In this document: in pieces, positions 29,243-39,247 of the stretch | Numbering within the stretch: the first letter of the stretch is position 1 | Layout: each line of letters begins with the position of its first letter | Assembly (NCBI GenBank): GCA_963702475.1 | Contig: CAVPCT010000006.1 | Span: forward strand, 96,001-160,000 | Source: an uncultured Thermoleophilia bacterium | Lineage (GTDB): Bacteria > Actinomycetota > Thermoleophilia > UBA2241 | Reading direction: 5' to 3' | Length of the DNA: 64,000 nucleotides | Notes under the pieces: generated by a model | Databases searched by the model: none | Told to the model about the DNA's origin: nothing | The model's input: only the letters and a program-made list of their open reading frames with translations | Translations under genes and position numbers: made by a program

Positions 29243-30067
29243 TCAGGCGGCGGCGCGACGCGGCTTGCCCGCCGCCGGCGGCCCCGGCACGGGGGCGGCG
29301 TTCGCCAGCACGGCGCGCTTCTTGCCGAACACCCAGATCAGCGCGACGCCGATGAGCACGCTCACGATGGCCACCCACTGCGGCTGCGTGAGCCCGGCGA
29401 ACCAGACCGGATTGCGCCGCAGGAACTCCACGAAGAAGCGCTCGACGGCCGACAGCACGAGGAACCAGCCGAACGTCCACCAGCCGGACTTGTCGTAGCG
29501 CGTCGCGAGGCGCCAGAGGATCCAGACGACGAACGCCATGATGATGATCTCGTAGATCGGCGTGGGGTGGACGCGCACACCCGGCGGGGTCGGCACCGTG
29601 CCGTCGGGGTAGCCCATCGCCCACGGCAGGTCCGACGGCTTGCCGTAGTCGCCGTCGCCGGCGAGCTGGCAGCCGATGCGGCCGATGAGGTAGCCGAACG
29701 CAGTGGCGGGCGCCATGGCGTTGGCGATGATGTCCAGCGGCACCTTGCGGATGAGCGTCCAGCCGACGACGCCCACGAACCCGCCGATGAGGCCGCCGTA
29801 CCAGGTGAAGCCGATGCCGCCGAACAGCGTCCCCCAGAAGTCGGCCTGCACGGTCGACCAGTTCTCGAACATGTAGTAGATGCGGGCGCCGACGAAGCCG
29901 CCGATGCCGGCGGCGACGATGAGCTCGTAGGCGAAGTCGCCGCTCAGGCCGCGCCGCCGCACGAGCGGACGGACGATGGTGATGCCCGGCACGATGAGCG
30001 CGAGCGCGGCCATCAGCCCAAAGCTGTAGACCTTGAAGTTGCCTATCTGGAAGAGGAGCGGTCGCAT
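29243..30067 (-). CDS. lgt: Prolipoprotein diacylglyceryl transferase
   Basis: GARIYY, WYGG, IGRIGC, HPTPIYE, RFFVEFLR. Confidence 0.92.
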   Translation of the reverse strand: MRPLLFQIGNFKVYSFGLMAALALIVPGITIVRPLVRRRGLSGDFAYELIVAAGIGGFVGARIYYMFENWSTVQADFWGTLFGGIGFTWYGGLIGGFVGVVGWTLIRKVPLDIIANAMAPATAFGYLIGRIGCQLAGDGDYGKPSDLPWAMGYPDGTVPTPPGVRVHPTPIYEIIIMAFVVWILWRLATRYDKSGWWTFGWFLVLSAVERFFVEFLRRNPVWFAGLTQPQWVAIVSVLIGVALIWVFGKKRAVLANAAPVPGPPAAGKPRRAAA

Positions 30068-30068
30068 C

Positions 30069-31448
30069 TCAGCGCTTCACGTGAAGGTAGCCTCTGTTGT
30101 CCTTGATCGTGACGGCGGTACCCAGATCCGCTGAGAGGCTCTTCACCCGTTTCAGGATGCTGAGCCCGGTGCTGCCTCTCGCCACGGCGGGGATGCCTGA
30201 GCTGCTGATGGTCACGGGGATGAGCTTGGCGTCGATGGAGTCCTTCTTCATGGATGCCTTCACGAGGACGGTCTGCGCGGTCTCGCCGGAGAATCCGCTG
30301 AACACGAGGTTCCCCAGGCTGTAGAAGATGAGTCCACCGTGGTAGGCCTGTACGCCGTCGAGGAGGTGCGGGTGGTGGGCGAACACGAGGTTGGCGCCGG
30401 CGTCGATGGCGGCCCTTCCCTCGCTCGACTCGAGCGGGCTGGGCGCGCGCTTGTACTCGAAGTTCCAGTGCCAGCCGACGACGACGAAGTCGGACTTCTT
30501 CGCCGCGTTGCGGATGCTGGTCTTGACGGCGTTGAGGTTGGAGCGGCCCGGCGACGTGCCCGGGCTGGACGCCGTCGCCGGGTAGCCGGCCGGCAGCACA
30601 TCGGTGAAACCAAGAAAGGCCGTCTTCGTACCGTTCTCGCTGAGCACGGCGCCGGCCTGGGCCTGCTTCAGCGTCTTGCCGGCGCCGACCACGGTGATGC
30701 CGGCCTTCTCGCAGTACCTGACCGAGTCGAGAAGGCCGGAGTCGCCGTAGTCGCCGGCGTGGTTGTTGGCCATGGTCACCGCGTCGATGCCGCTGCCGGC
30801 CATGGCCTTGGCCAGCGCCGGGTTGCCCTTGATGATGACGTCCTTCCAGCCCTGTGGGTCGCCGCCGTGGGTGAGCGGAGACTCGAGGTTCACGAAGCCG
30901 TGGTCGCTGGCCTCGAAGAAGGGCGCGATGTCCTTGAACAGCCCCGCGCCCATGCTGCCCACGACCGAGGAGACGCCGAAGCCGCCGATGACGTCGCCGC
31001 CGGCGGTGACGGTGGCGGCTTTGGGGGATGGCGTGGGCGTCCGGGTGCGGGTCGGGCTGGGCGACGGCGATGCTGCGGTTGCGGAGGCGGCGTCACCGGC
31101 GGGCTGCACGGAGCCGGACGCGGCGGTCGCCTTGGTGCCGGCGGCCGCGTCGTTGCTGAAGGGCCGCACGACCGCCACGGCCGCCGTGGCCAGGACGACC
31201 ACGAGGATCAGAAGGGCGAGTGCGACGAGCCTGCCGCGGCCGCGCCGCCGCCGGCTGCCTCCGGCGTTCGGCCGGTGCGGGCCGCTCGGCGGACGGGTCC
31301 CGCTGCCGTGTGGCGCTGCGGAGCCGCGGATCCCAGCGCTCGGATGGGCATCCGGGCGCTCGCCCCGCCCGGCATCCGAGCCGCCGGGCGGCCCGCCGGC
31401 CTCGCCGGCGCGGTATCTGGTGTACGGTTTTGGATCTCCGGGCGTCAT
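30069..31448 (-). CDS. CapA/PGA_cap family metallophosphatase, membrane-anchored
   Basis: GGDV, NLESP, ANNH..DYG, HW..EY, HHPH, YSLGN. Confidence 0.88.
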   Translation of the reverse strand: MTPGDPKPYTRYRAGEAGGPPGGSDAGRGERPDAHPSAGIRGSAAPHGSGTRPPSGPHRPNAGGSRRRRGRGRLVALALLILVVVLATAAVAVVRPFSNDAAAGTKATAASGSVQPAGDAASATAASPSPSPTRTRTPTPSPKAATVTAGGDVIGGFGVSSVVGSMGAGLFKDIAPFFEASDHGFVNLESPLTHGGDPQGWKDVIIKGNPALAKAMAGSGIDAVTMANNHAGDYGDSGLLDSVRYCEKAGITVVGAGKTLKQAQAGAVLSENGTKTAFLGFTDVLPAGYPATASSPGTSPGRSNLNAVKTSIRNAAKKSDFVVVGWHWNFEYKRAPSPLESSEGRAAIDAGANLVFAHHPHLLDGVQAYHGGLIFYSLGNLVFSGFSGETAQTVLVKASMKKDSIDAKLIPVTISSSGIPAVARGSTGLSILKRVKSLSADLGTAVTIKDNRGYLHVKR

Positions 31449-31552
31449 CGTTCTGGCGAGGATACACTCGGGTCGGGTCGGGAGCCATTCGGCCCACACC
31501 GGTCAGAGGTCGGGCCGGCGCGGACGTCCCCTTCAGGTACTACACTCGAGAG

Positions 31553-32593
31553 GTGACACCTGCCGCCCGTTTCGCGCGCATCGTGCGCAACCCGTCGCTG
31601 TATCCCGGCGTCGCCGAGGCCCTCGGTCCGGGCTTCCCGTGGCACACGCACGCTGCAAGCCCTCGGTCGTCCCAGGCGCTCTGCCTCAGCGCCTGGGCGC
31701 CGCTGGCCGGCCTGGAGGTCCGTCACGAGGTGATCGAGCGTCTGCTCACGGAGTGGCTGCCGGACCCGGCGGCGCAGGGCGCCGGCGCGCGGCGCTGGAG
31801 CATCGCGCTGGAGGTCTCGGACCCCGCCGTCCTCGGCGAGCGGGGCGGGCGCCCGAGCGCCATCGACGTCGTGCTCGAGTCCCGCGACGCGGTCGTCTGC
31901 GTCGAGTCGAAGTTCCTGAGAGACGCCCTGGCCGGTTTCCGCGGCTGCGACCAGTTCCCGCAGGCGTGCCGCGGGTTCCACGGGCCGGGCTCGGACCGCG
32001 CCGGCGGCGACGCGCCGTGCCGGCTGGCCGTGCGAGACGGCCGGCGCGAGGCCCGCAGGTATTGGGATGTGGCGGCGGGCCTGTTTCGGCCCGAGGTGCT
32101 CACGCCCGGGCCAGCCGAGCCCGGCACCTGTCCGCTGCACCGGCACTACCAGCTGGCGCGCACGCTGCTGTACGCGGGGGCGCTGGCCGGGTGGGCGGCA
32201 GACCAGCGCCGTACGGCGCCCGTTGCGACGGCGCCGGCAGGCGCGGAGGGCCGCCGGCGCTTCGCCGCGCTGGTCATCGCCCCGGCGGCGACGGCCGGGC
32301 TGCTCGAGCGGCAGACGGCGGCGTTCGCGGCCGGCGTGCTCCTGCCGGCCCACGCCGGCCGGGTGGCCGTGGCGCACTACGAAGGCCTCGCGCGCCTGCT
32401 CCGCTCGTGCGGCGATCCGCAGGCGGCCGCCGCCGGCGCGTTCGTCGCCGCGCTGCTGCCGCCCGCGCCGCCGCCGGCTCGCGCCGAGACCGTCCGTGAG
32501 CTGCGCCGCCGCGCCGAGGCAGGCCGGCGGGCGCGGCGCCGGGCGGAGCCGTCGGAGGACGCCGGCCGCGAGCCGCGTACAATGACGCCATGA
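31553..32593 (+). CDS. Putative PD-(D/E)xK nuclease (PGN_0703/REase-ARP-like)
   Basis: SSQAL, IDVV...VESKF, YQL.R.LL.A, several Cys; start uncertain. Confidence 0.55.
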   Translation: MTPAARFARIVRNPSLYPGVAEALGPGFPWHTHAASPRSSQALCLSAWAPLAGLEVRHEVIERLLTEWLPDPAAQGAGARRWSIALEVSDPAVLGERGGRPSAIDVVLESRDAVVCVESKFLRDALAGFRGCDQFPQACRGFHGPGSDRAGGDAPCRLAVRDGRREARRYWDVAAGLFRPEVLTPGPAEPGTCPLHRHYQLARTLLYAGALAGWAADQRRTAPVATAPAGAEGRRRFAALVIAPAATAGLLERQTAAFAAGVLLPAHAGRVAVAHYEGLARLLRSCGDPQAAAAGAFVAALLPPAPPPARAETVRELRRRAEAGRRARRRAEPSEDAGREPRTMTP

Positions 32594-33858
32594 CCTCGCC
32601 GTCCTCACGCCCCCGCCGCGGACGGGGGCTCGTCCTCGCCGGGGTGGCCGCCGTGCTCGTCGTGCTCGCCGGCCTCGCCGTCTTCATCCCGCTCGCTTTC
32701 TACGAAGAGCGGGCCGCGCCGGTCCGTGCCGCGGCGCCCGCCACGCGCCCCGCCACGACCGCCGAGGCTCAGGCGGCGCTCACGCGAGCCGCGGCGGCAC
32801 TGCACGCCGGCGACCGCGCCGCCTACCGCGCCGCTCTGCCCGCCTCCGGCAAGCCGGCCCGACGGGCCCTCGGCGCGCTCTTCCGGCACCTCTCTTCCCT
32901 TCCGTGGACCACATTCGCCCTCACGGTGCAGCCCATAGAGTCGGCGCCCGGGCGTTTCGACGTGTTCGCCACCGGGCGGCTCGCCCGTACCGGGCCCGCT
33001 GACCGGGTGGGCGGCGAGCGAGTCCTCGAACTTGAGTGGCGCGACGGCGGTGTCGTGGCCGTCGCCGACGTCACGCCCGGGGCCATCGAGCGTGAGTACC
33101 TGATGGCCTTCCACGACCCCGTCACCGTGGAGCACGACGGTGTCCTGGTCATCGCCGACCGCTCGTCCCGGGGCCGCGCCGAGGCGCTCGCCGAGGCCGC
33201 CTCCGCGGCGTCTCCCCGTCTCCGCCTCGTCGGCGTGAAGCCGGACGAGCAGGTGCTCGTGTCGGTCTACTCGTCGCTGGAGGACCTCAAGGCCTCGCTC
33301 GGCGGCGGGCCGGACGAGGACCGCATCCGCTTCTTCTCCAGTACCGCCCCGCGCCTGTCGCCCAAACCCTGGCGCATCCGCGACGTGGGTGTGCTGGGGC
33401 CGTCGCTTGACGGTACCGGCGACTGGATGCCCCTCATGCTCTCGCACGAGCTCACGCACGCCTACACCGGCCAGTGGTTCGCGAAGACCGAGCACGCGCC
33501 CACCTTCCTCATGGAGGGTCTGGCGACTGCCGTGGAGGGTGGGCGCGACTGGACGCCGCTCAAAGAGGAGGTGGCCGCCGGCAACCAGCTCTGGCCGCTG
33601 GCCGACGCCATCGGCACCGGCAACCTGTGGATGGGCACGTCCACCGCCGACGTCCGCCTCGCCTACCTTGAGGCGGCCTCCGTGGTCCACTACGTGCTCG
33701 ACCGCTGGGGGCTCGCCAGGCTCCGTCCCTTCCTGCAGGCGCTGGCCGACTCGGACCTCTCGGAGCAGGGCTTCGACGCCGCCGCGCGGGAGGCGCTGGG
33801 CGTCGGCTGGGCGGAGTTCTACGGCGGCTGGAAGGAGTACGTGCCGGCGCTGCCGTGA
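32590..33858 (+). CDS. Membrane-anchored gluzincin (peptidase MA-like) metallopeptidase
   Basis: N-terminal TM; HELTH...EGLA. Confidence 0.75.
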   Translation: MTSPSSRPRRGRGLVLAGVAAVLVVLAGLAVFIPLAFYEERAAPVRAAAPATRPATTAEAQAALTRAAAALHAGDRAAYRAALPASGKPARRALGALFRHLSSLPWTTFALTVQPIESAPGRFDVFATGRLARTGPADRVGGERVLELEWRDGGVVAVADVTPGAIEREYLMAFHDPVTVEHDGVLVIADRSSRGRAEALAEAASAASPRLRLVGVKPDEQVLVSVYSSLEDLKASLGGGPDEDRIRFFSSTAPRLSPKPWRIRDVGVLGPSLDGTGDWMPLMLSHELTHAYTGQWFAKTEHAPTFLMEGLATAVEGGRDWTPLKEEVAAGNQLWPLADAIGTGNLWMGTSTADVRLAYLEAASVVHYVLDRWGLARLRPFLQALADSDLSEQGFDAAAREALGVGWAEFYGGWKEYVPALP

Positions 33859-33948
33859 CGGCACGCAGGCGGAGCCACCTCGTAAGGTTGCGTGCAGGGC
33901 TCTGGGGGGGTACACCGTAGTCAGCGACAACCTCCGGAAGGAGTCCCC

Positions 33949-35301
33949 ATGAGGTCCAGGCTCACGCTGTACATCGTCATCGCCCTTGTGGCCGGTCTCG
34001 CGCTGGTCGGCGTGGCAGTAGCCGTCGCCGGCGCCGGCTCCACGGCGAACCTGCCGGCCATCTCCGCCTCCGATCTCATGGCCAGGATGGCGCAGGCCGA
34101 GGACACCGTCACCTCGGTGAGCGGCGAGATCTCCTGGAAGAACACCCTGCTCGGAGATGTGGGTGACGCCAGCGGCCTCGCCCAGATGCCGGCGCAGTCG
34201 CCGCTCCTGGCGAGCGGGTCCGGTAGACTCTGGATGAGCGAGGACGGCGTCCGCGTGGAGTCGCAGGGCAGCGGCGGAGACCAGGTCGCCGGCGTCGACA
34301 AGGCCGCACGCCAGGCGTGGACCTACGACTCGTCCGCCAACACCGCCGAGGTGTGGAAGCTCACCGGCGACCTCGGCGGGATGCCGCGCACGCCGTCACC
34401 CTCCCCGTCCATGCTCACACCGGAGGCCATCACCGCCATCCTCGAGAAGCTGGCGCCATACGCGAGGATCGACGTGGCCGGGCAGGCCACGGTCGCCGGC
34501 CGCGCCGTGTACCTCCTGCGCATGACGCCGGCGGCCGACGACACCGCCCTGGGCGCCGTGCAGGCGTCCATCGACGGTGAGACCATGCTGCCGCTCCGCC
34601 TCGAGGTCTTCGCCGCGAGCGGCGGTCCGGCCGTGCTGGAGTCGGGCTTCGACACCATCTCCTACGAGCCCATCGACGCGTCCCTGTTCGCCTTCTCGCC
34701 GCCGGCCGGCGCGGAAGTCACGACAGAGGACTACGACGCCGCCGAGCTGCAGCAGAAGCTTGACGCGAGGCACGGCTCGAGCGGCGAGCAGGCCTCCGGG
34801 GCCGACAGCGACGCGGCCGGCCGCAAGGCCCTGGCACGCACCGCACTGCTGACGATCCCCGAGGCGCAGGAGCTTGTCGACTTCCAGCTGGCTTCCGCGC
34901 AGGGCTACACCGCGCGGCCGTTCCAGTGGGGCTACGTGTTCCTCGGCGGGCTGCCGGTGAACGCGGACGGGAATCCGCTCTTCGACATGGCGAAGACGGG
35001 CCTGGGGGCTTCCGGCGACGCTGTCGAAGCCCCCGACATGGGTCCCGTGTCGGTCCTTCTGTACGGAGAGGGCTTCGGCTCCATCGTGCTGGCGCAGACG
35101 AAGACCACGCCGGAGCTCGAGAAGGAGCTCGCGCAGTTGCCGGCGCTGGTCGGCGGGGCGACCCTGAACGGTGCGCCCGTGCGCTCCATGACCACGCCCC
35201 TCGGCGGGGTGTACGTCTGGCAGCAGGGAGACACGACCCTCGTGGCCGGTGGCATGGTCCCGGCTGCGGACCTCGAGGCATTCGTCGAGTCCGTGAAGTG
35301 A
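33949..35301 (+). CDS. LolA/RseB-like secreted protein (actinobacterial type)
   Basis: Signal peptide; W.YDS..NT, VAGR..Y.L...P, ID.ET..PLR, F.F.PPAGA.V. Confidence 0.7.
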   Translation: MRSRLTLYIVIALVAGLALVGVAVAVAGAGSTANLPAISASDLMARMAQAEDTVTSVSGEISWKNTLLGDVGDASGLAQMPAQSPLLASGSGRLWMSEDGVRVESQGSGGDQVAGVDKAARQAWTYDSSANTAEVWKLTGDLGGMPRTPSPSPSMLTPEAITAILEKLAPYARIDVAGQATVAGRAVYLLRMTPAADDTALGAVQASIDGETMLPLRLEVFAASGGPAVLESGFDTISYEPIDASLFAFSPPAGAEVTTEDYDAAELQQKLDARHGSSGEQASGADSDAAGRKALARTALLTIPEAQELVDFQLASAQGYTARPFQWGYVFLGGLPVNADGNPLFDMAKTGLGASGDAVEAPDMGPVSVLLYGEGFGSIVLAQTKTTPELEKELAQLPALVGGATLNGAPVRSMTTPLGGVYVWQQGDTTLVAGGMVPAADLEAFVESVK

Positions 35302-35313
35302 CCGGCCGCTGAC

Positions 35314-36357
35314 GTGACGCCCGACGTCGCCGACGAGAGGGACGAGGCGGCAGGGGCGCGGCCGGCGCAGCACAGCTGCGAGAGCCGCGCCCCCGTCCTG
35401 ACCACCCATGCCCTCAGCAAGCAGTTCGGCGCCCTGCGCGCCGTCGACGGCCTGGACATGCAGGTGTGCCAGGGCGACGTGTTCGGCTTCCTGGGGCCCA
35501 ACGGCGCCGGCAAGACCACGGTCATCCGGCTCGCCCTCGGTCTCATCCACCCCACGAGCGGTCACGTGGAGGTCTGCGGCCACCGCGTCCCGGGCGAGCT
35601 CCAGGGGGCGTTGCGACACGTGGGCGGCTTCGTCGACGACCCCACCTTCTACCCGCTCATGAGCGCGCGCCGGAACCTGCGCCTCCTGGGCAGCATGACG
35701 GGGCCGGTGAGCGAGGAGCGCATCGACGAGGTCCTGGACATCGTCGCGCTCCGCGAGCGCGGTCACGACCGCGTGGGCGGCTTCAGCCACGGCATGAAGC
35801 AGCGCCTCGGCATCGCCCAGGCGTTGCTGCACAGCCCCGAGCTCATCGTGCTCGACGAGCCCACCAGCGGCCTCGACCCGCGCGGCATGAAGGACGTGCG
35901 CGAGCTCATCCGCGACCTGGGCAGGGCCGGTACCACCGTCTTTCTCAGCTCGCACCTGCTGCACGAGGTCGAGCAGGTGTGCACGCGTGCTGTGATCATC
36001 AACAAGGGCCGCGTGGTGGTGCAGGGCCCGGTGAGCGAGCTGCGGCCGCAGAACGACGCCGTCAAGGTGCTCACCGGCGACCAGGGCCGCGCGGCCGAGG
36101 TGCTGCGCGGCCAGTTCGGCGCCGGCGGCGTGACGGAGGACGACGGCTATCTCATCGTCCAGGCCGATGAAGAGGCCGTGCCCGAGATGGTCCGCCTGCT
36201 CGTGGCCGACGGCGTGGCCGTGCGCGCCGTGGTGCCGGCGACCGAGCAGGGCCTGGAAGACTTCTTTCTCGAGCTCACCGGCACCGACGGCGACGAGCCG
36301 GCGCGCACGAAGCGGCGCACCGGCCTGGCGCGCCTGCTGCCCGGAGGCAAGCGATGA
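35314..36357 (+). CDS. ABC exporter ATP-binding protein
   Basis: GPNGAGKTT, FSHGMKQRL, LDEPTSGLD, SSH. Confidence 0.93.
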   Translation: MTPDVADERDEAAGARPAQHSCESRAPVLTTHALSKQFGALRAVDGLDMQVCQGDVFGFLGPNGAGKTTVIRLALGLIHPTSGHVEVCGHRVPGELQGALRHVGGFVDDPTFYPLMSARRNLRLLGSMTGPVSEERIDEVLDIVALRERGHDRVGGFSHGMKQRLGIAQALLHSPELIVLDEPTSGLDPRGMKDVRELIRDLGRAGTTVFLSSHLLHEVEQVCTRAVIINKGRVVVQGPVSELRPQNDAVKVLTGDQGRAAEVLRGQFGAGGVTEDDGYLIVQADEEAVPEMVRLLVADGVAVRAVVPATEQGLEDFFLELTGTDGDEPARTKRRTGLARLLPGGKR

Positions 36358-37277
36358 GCGCCGGCCCCGCCACGCCGGCCGCCCCCGCCCCGGCTGCCCC
36401 TCCCGCCGCCCCTGTCCGTGCCCACGGCAGCACCTCCGCGGCCCTCGGCGGCCACGCCTGGGGAGCACTGCGCCGGGAGTGGATCAAGCTGCTCTTCCAG
36501 CGCCGCAGCTACCTCATCTGGGGCGGCGCGTTCGTCATCCCGTTCCTGATCTCGCTGGCGCTCTACCTGGCCGGCTCGGACCCGCACGGCGAGGGCGGCG
36601 GCGAAGGTCCGCTGTTCATGCAGCGGATCACCGACAACGGCATGTTCGTCACCTTGGCATCTCTTTCGGCGCTGCTGCCGTTCCTGCTGCCCATGGCGGC
36701 GGCCATGGTGGCCGGCTACATGATCGCCGGCGAGGCCGAGCTGGGCACGATGCGCATCGTCCTGCTGCGGCCGGTGCGGCGCGGCAGCTTCCTGCTCGCC
36801 AAGTGGACCATGTCCGTCGTGTACCTGGCCGTCGGGTTCGGCGTCATGGTGGCCGGCGGGCTGCTCTTTGGGGGCCTGTTCTTCGGGTTGCACCCCATGA
36901 TCACGCTGTCCGGCACCACGGTCGGCGTGTGGCACGGTCTCGGTCTCATCCTGCTCGCCTGCGGCTACGGCCTCGCGGCCATGGCCTGCATCGTCTCCCT
37001 CTCGCTACTGCTGAGCACGCTCACAGACTCGAGTCTCACGGCGCTCATCGGCACGATCGTCATCTACATCGTCATCACCGTGCTCATCCAGTTCAGCTAC
37101 TTCGACTGGCTGCGACCCTGGGTCTTCCCGCAGTACCTGCTCGAGTTCTCCAACTTCTTCCGCGACCCGATCTACTGGACACCGATCCTCAAGGGCCTCG
37201 CCGTGTTCGCCGCCTGGAGCTGCGGCCTGACCTTCGTCGCATACCTCGTCTTCCGTCGCAAGGATGTGCTGAGCTGA
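36354..37277 (+). CDS. ABC-2 type permease
   Basis: Multi-TM; AGE.E.GT.R..L.RPV.R; ends FRRKDVLS. Confidence 0.9.
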   Translation: MSAGPATPAAPAPAAPPAAPVRAHGSTSAALGGHAWGALRREWIKLLFQRRSYLIWGGAFVIPFLISLALYLAGSDPHGEGGGEGPLFMQRITDNGMFVTLASLSALLPFLLPMAAAMVAGYMIAGEAELGTMRIVLLRPVRRGSFLLAKWTMSVVYLAVGFGVMVAGGLLFGGLFFGLHPMITLSGTTVGVWHGLGLILLACGYGLAAMACIVSLSLLLSTLTDSSLTALIGTIVIYIVITVLIQFSYFDWLRPWVFPQYLLEFSNFFRDPIYWTPILKGLAVFAAWSCGLTFVAYLVFRRKDVLS

Positions 37278-37423
37278 CGGGGGCCGCCGGGATGTGGCCG
37301 TTTCAGCGCGGCGCTGCTCCCCGCCCCCGGCCTGCTGTTCCCCGACGCCGTGGCGCGGCTGCTCCCCGGCTCGCGCGCGATCTCCTCCTTGGCCTCGGCC
37401 CCGCGGTGGCGTAGATTCGCGCA

Positions 37424-37660
37424 GTGGCCGGTCTGACCGATGGATACTCCGAGGAGATGATGGGCGTGCCGGGCGCCGCACTGGTCGGGCGCGGGGACCT
37501 TCAGCTGTTCGGCGAGGAACGCCTGCAGGCGGTGGTCCGCGAGCACGCCGCCGAGCCGGCGGCAGCCATGATCGATGCGGTCCTCACCGCCGTGGACGAG
37601 TTCGCTACCGGCGAGCCGCAGTTCGACGACATGACCGTGATGGTCATCAGGGGGGTGTGA
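37424..37660 (+). pseudogene. C-terminal fragment of a SpoIIE/PP2C phosphatase
   Basis: TDG..E, FGEERL, DDMT.MVI; N-terminal catalytic half absent. Confidence 0.6.
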
Positions 37661-37664
37661 GGGG

Positions 37665-38819
37665 ATGCGAGCGATGCAGCTGGCGGCGCCGGCTCCTGTC
37701 GAAGAGGCGCCGCTCCGTCTGGTCGACCTGCCGGTGCCCAAGCCGGGGCCGGGCCAGGTGCTGCTGCGCGTGCTGGCTTGCGGCGTGTGCCGCACCGATC
37801 TGCACATCCTGGAGGGCGAGCTGCCACCGCACCGCTCGCCCGTGGTGCTCGGCCACCAGATCGTCGCCGAGGTGGCCGCGCTCGGCCCCGGGGCCGACAC
37901 CGTCCGCCCGGGGGGAGACGAGAGCGCCCCGACGCTCGTGGTCGGCGACCGGGTCGGGGTGCCGTGGCTGCACCAGACCGACGAGAGCTGCCGGTTCTGC
38001 AAGCGCGGTCGCGAGAACCTCTGCGCGGACGCGCGCTTCACCGGCTGGGACGTGGACGGCGGCTTCGCCGAGTACACGGTGGCGCCGGCCGGATTCGTGT
38101 ACCGCCTCCCGGCCGGCATGACCGCCATGGCGGCCGCGCCGCTGCTCTGCGCCGGCATCATCGGCTACCGCTGCCTGCGGCTGGTCGGCGTCGTCGGCGA
38201 GAGCGCCGGCCTCGCCGGCGGCGGCACGCGCACGCCGGCCGACGAGCTCACGGCGGTCAAGGAGCGCGAGCGCTGGCCCGACTGGCCGCCGCCGCGCCCC
38301 GGCTCCGAGCACCTCGGCCGCCTCGCCATCTACGGTTTCGGCTCGGCGGCCTCGCTCTGCACCCAGATCGCCGTGTGGCGCGGCTGGGAGGTCTACGGCA
38401 TCGCCCGCGACGCCGAGCACCGCAGCCTGGCGCTGGAGCTCGGCTGCGTGTGGGCGGGCGAGGCGAGCGACGACCCCGGCGTCGAGTACGACGCCGCCAT
38501 CGTCTTCGCGCCCGCCGGCGAGCTCGCCGTCGAAGCCCTGCGCCGCCTCGACAAGGGCGGCGTGGTCGCCCTGGGCGGGATCTACAGCTCGCCCATCCCG
38601 CCCATCGAGTACCCGTGGATCTACCACGAGCGCGTGGTGCGCAGCGTCGCCAACTCCACGCGCGAGGACGCCCGCGAGCTGCTGCGCGACGCGGCCCTCG
38701 TGCCCGTCGTCAGCCGCGTCCAGGAGTACCCGCTCGAGCGCGCCAACGAGGCGCTCCTCGATCTGAAGGAAGACAGAGTGCGCGGGTCCGCGGTGCTGCG
38801 GGTGGCGGCGGACGCGTAG
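37665..38819 (+). CDS. Zinc-dependent alcohol dehydrogenase (AdhP/CAD-like)
   Basis: CGVCRTDLH, GHQIV, GDRVGVPW, C..C..G.ENLC, APLLCAG, YGFG. Confidence 0.92.
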   Translation: MRAMQLAAPAPVEEAPLRLVDLPVPKPGPGQVLLRVLACGVCRTDLHILEGELPPHRSPVVLGHQIVAEVAALGPGADTVRPGGDESAPTLVVGDRVGVPWLHQTDESCRFCKRGRENLCADARFTGWDVDGGFAEYTVAPAGFVYRLPAGMTAMAAAPLLCAGIIGYRCLRLVGVVGESAGLAGGGTRTPADELTAVKERERWPDWPPPRPGSEHLGRLAIYGFGSAASLCTQIAVWRGWEVYGIARDAEHRSLALELGCVWAGEASDDPGVEYDAAIVFAPAGELAVEALRRLDKGGVVALGGIYSSPIPPIEYPWIYHERVVRSVANSTREDARELLRDAALVPVVSRVQEYPLERANEALLDLKEDRVRGSAVLRVAADA

Positions 38820-38871
38820 CCTCGCGCCCGGGCGGGCACAACCACCGGGCAACTCAGAGCGAGGAGGAAGA

Positions 38872-39129
38872 GTGTCCGACATCGTCATCTACAAGACGAC
38901 ATCGTGCCCCTACTGCGTCATGGCCGGGGCACTGCTGAAGAAGAAGGGCCTGACGTACCGCGAGATCGACGTCACGTGGGATGCCGACCTTCGCAGGGAG
39001 ATGGAGGAGCGCTCCGGGCGGCGTACCGTGCCGGAGATCTTCATCGGCGATCGGTGCGTGGGCGGGTACGACGACCTCGCCAGGCTGAGCTCGAGCGGCG
39101 AGCTCGAGAGGATGCTCGGACAGAGCTGA
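38872..39129 (+). CDS. Glutaredoxin (GrxC-like)
   Basis: CPYC, TVP.IFIG, GGYDD. Confidence 0.92.
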   Translation: MSDIVIYKTTSCPYCVMAGALLKKKGLTYREIDVTWDADLRREMEERSGRRTVPEIFIGDRCVGGYDDLARLSSSGELERMLGQS

Positions 39130-39211
39130 CCGGCCCGGGCGGCCGCGCCGGCGGTCGGCCGGGCCCTCCTGGGTCGCGGCCTCCGTCCGGGGTGTCGCGG
39201 CCGGTGTCCTC

Positions 39212-39240
39212 GACGTCGCGCGGGTCACGCCCGCGCCGTC
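39212..39240 (-). other. SECIS-like or terminator hairpin; upper stem starts 11 nt after the rSAM TGA
   Basis: Minus strand GACG-GCGCGGG-CGTGA-CCCGCGC-GA-CGTC. Confidence 0.4.
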
Positions 39241-39247
39241 AGTAGCC

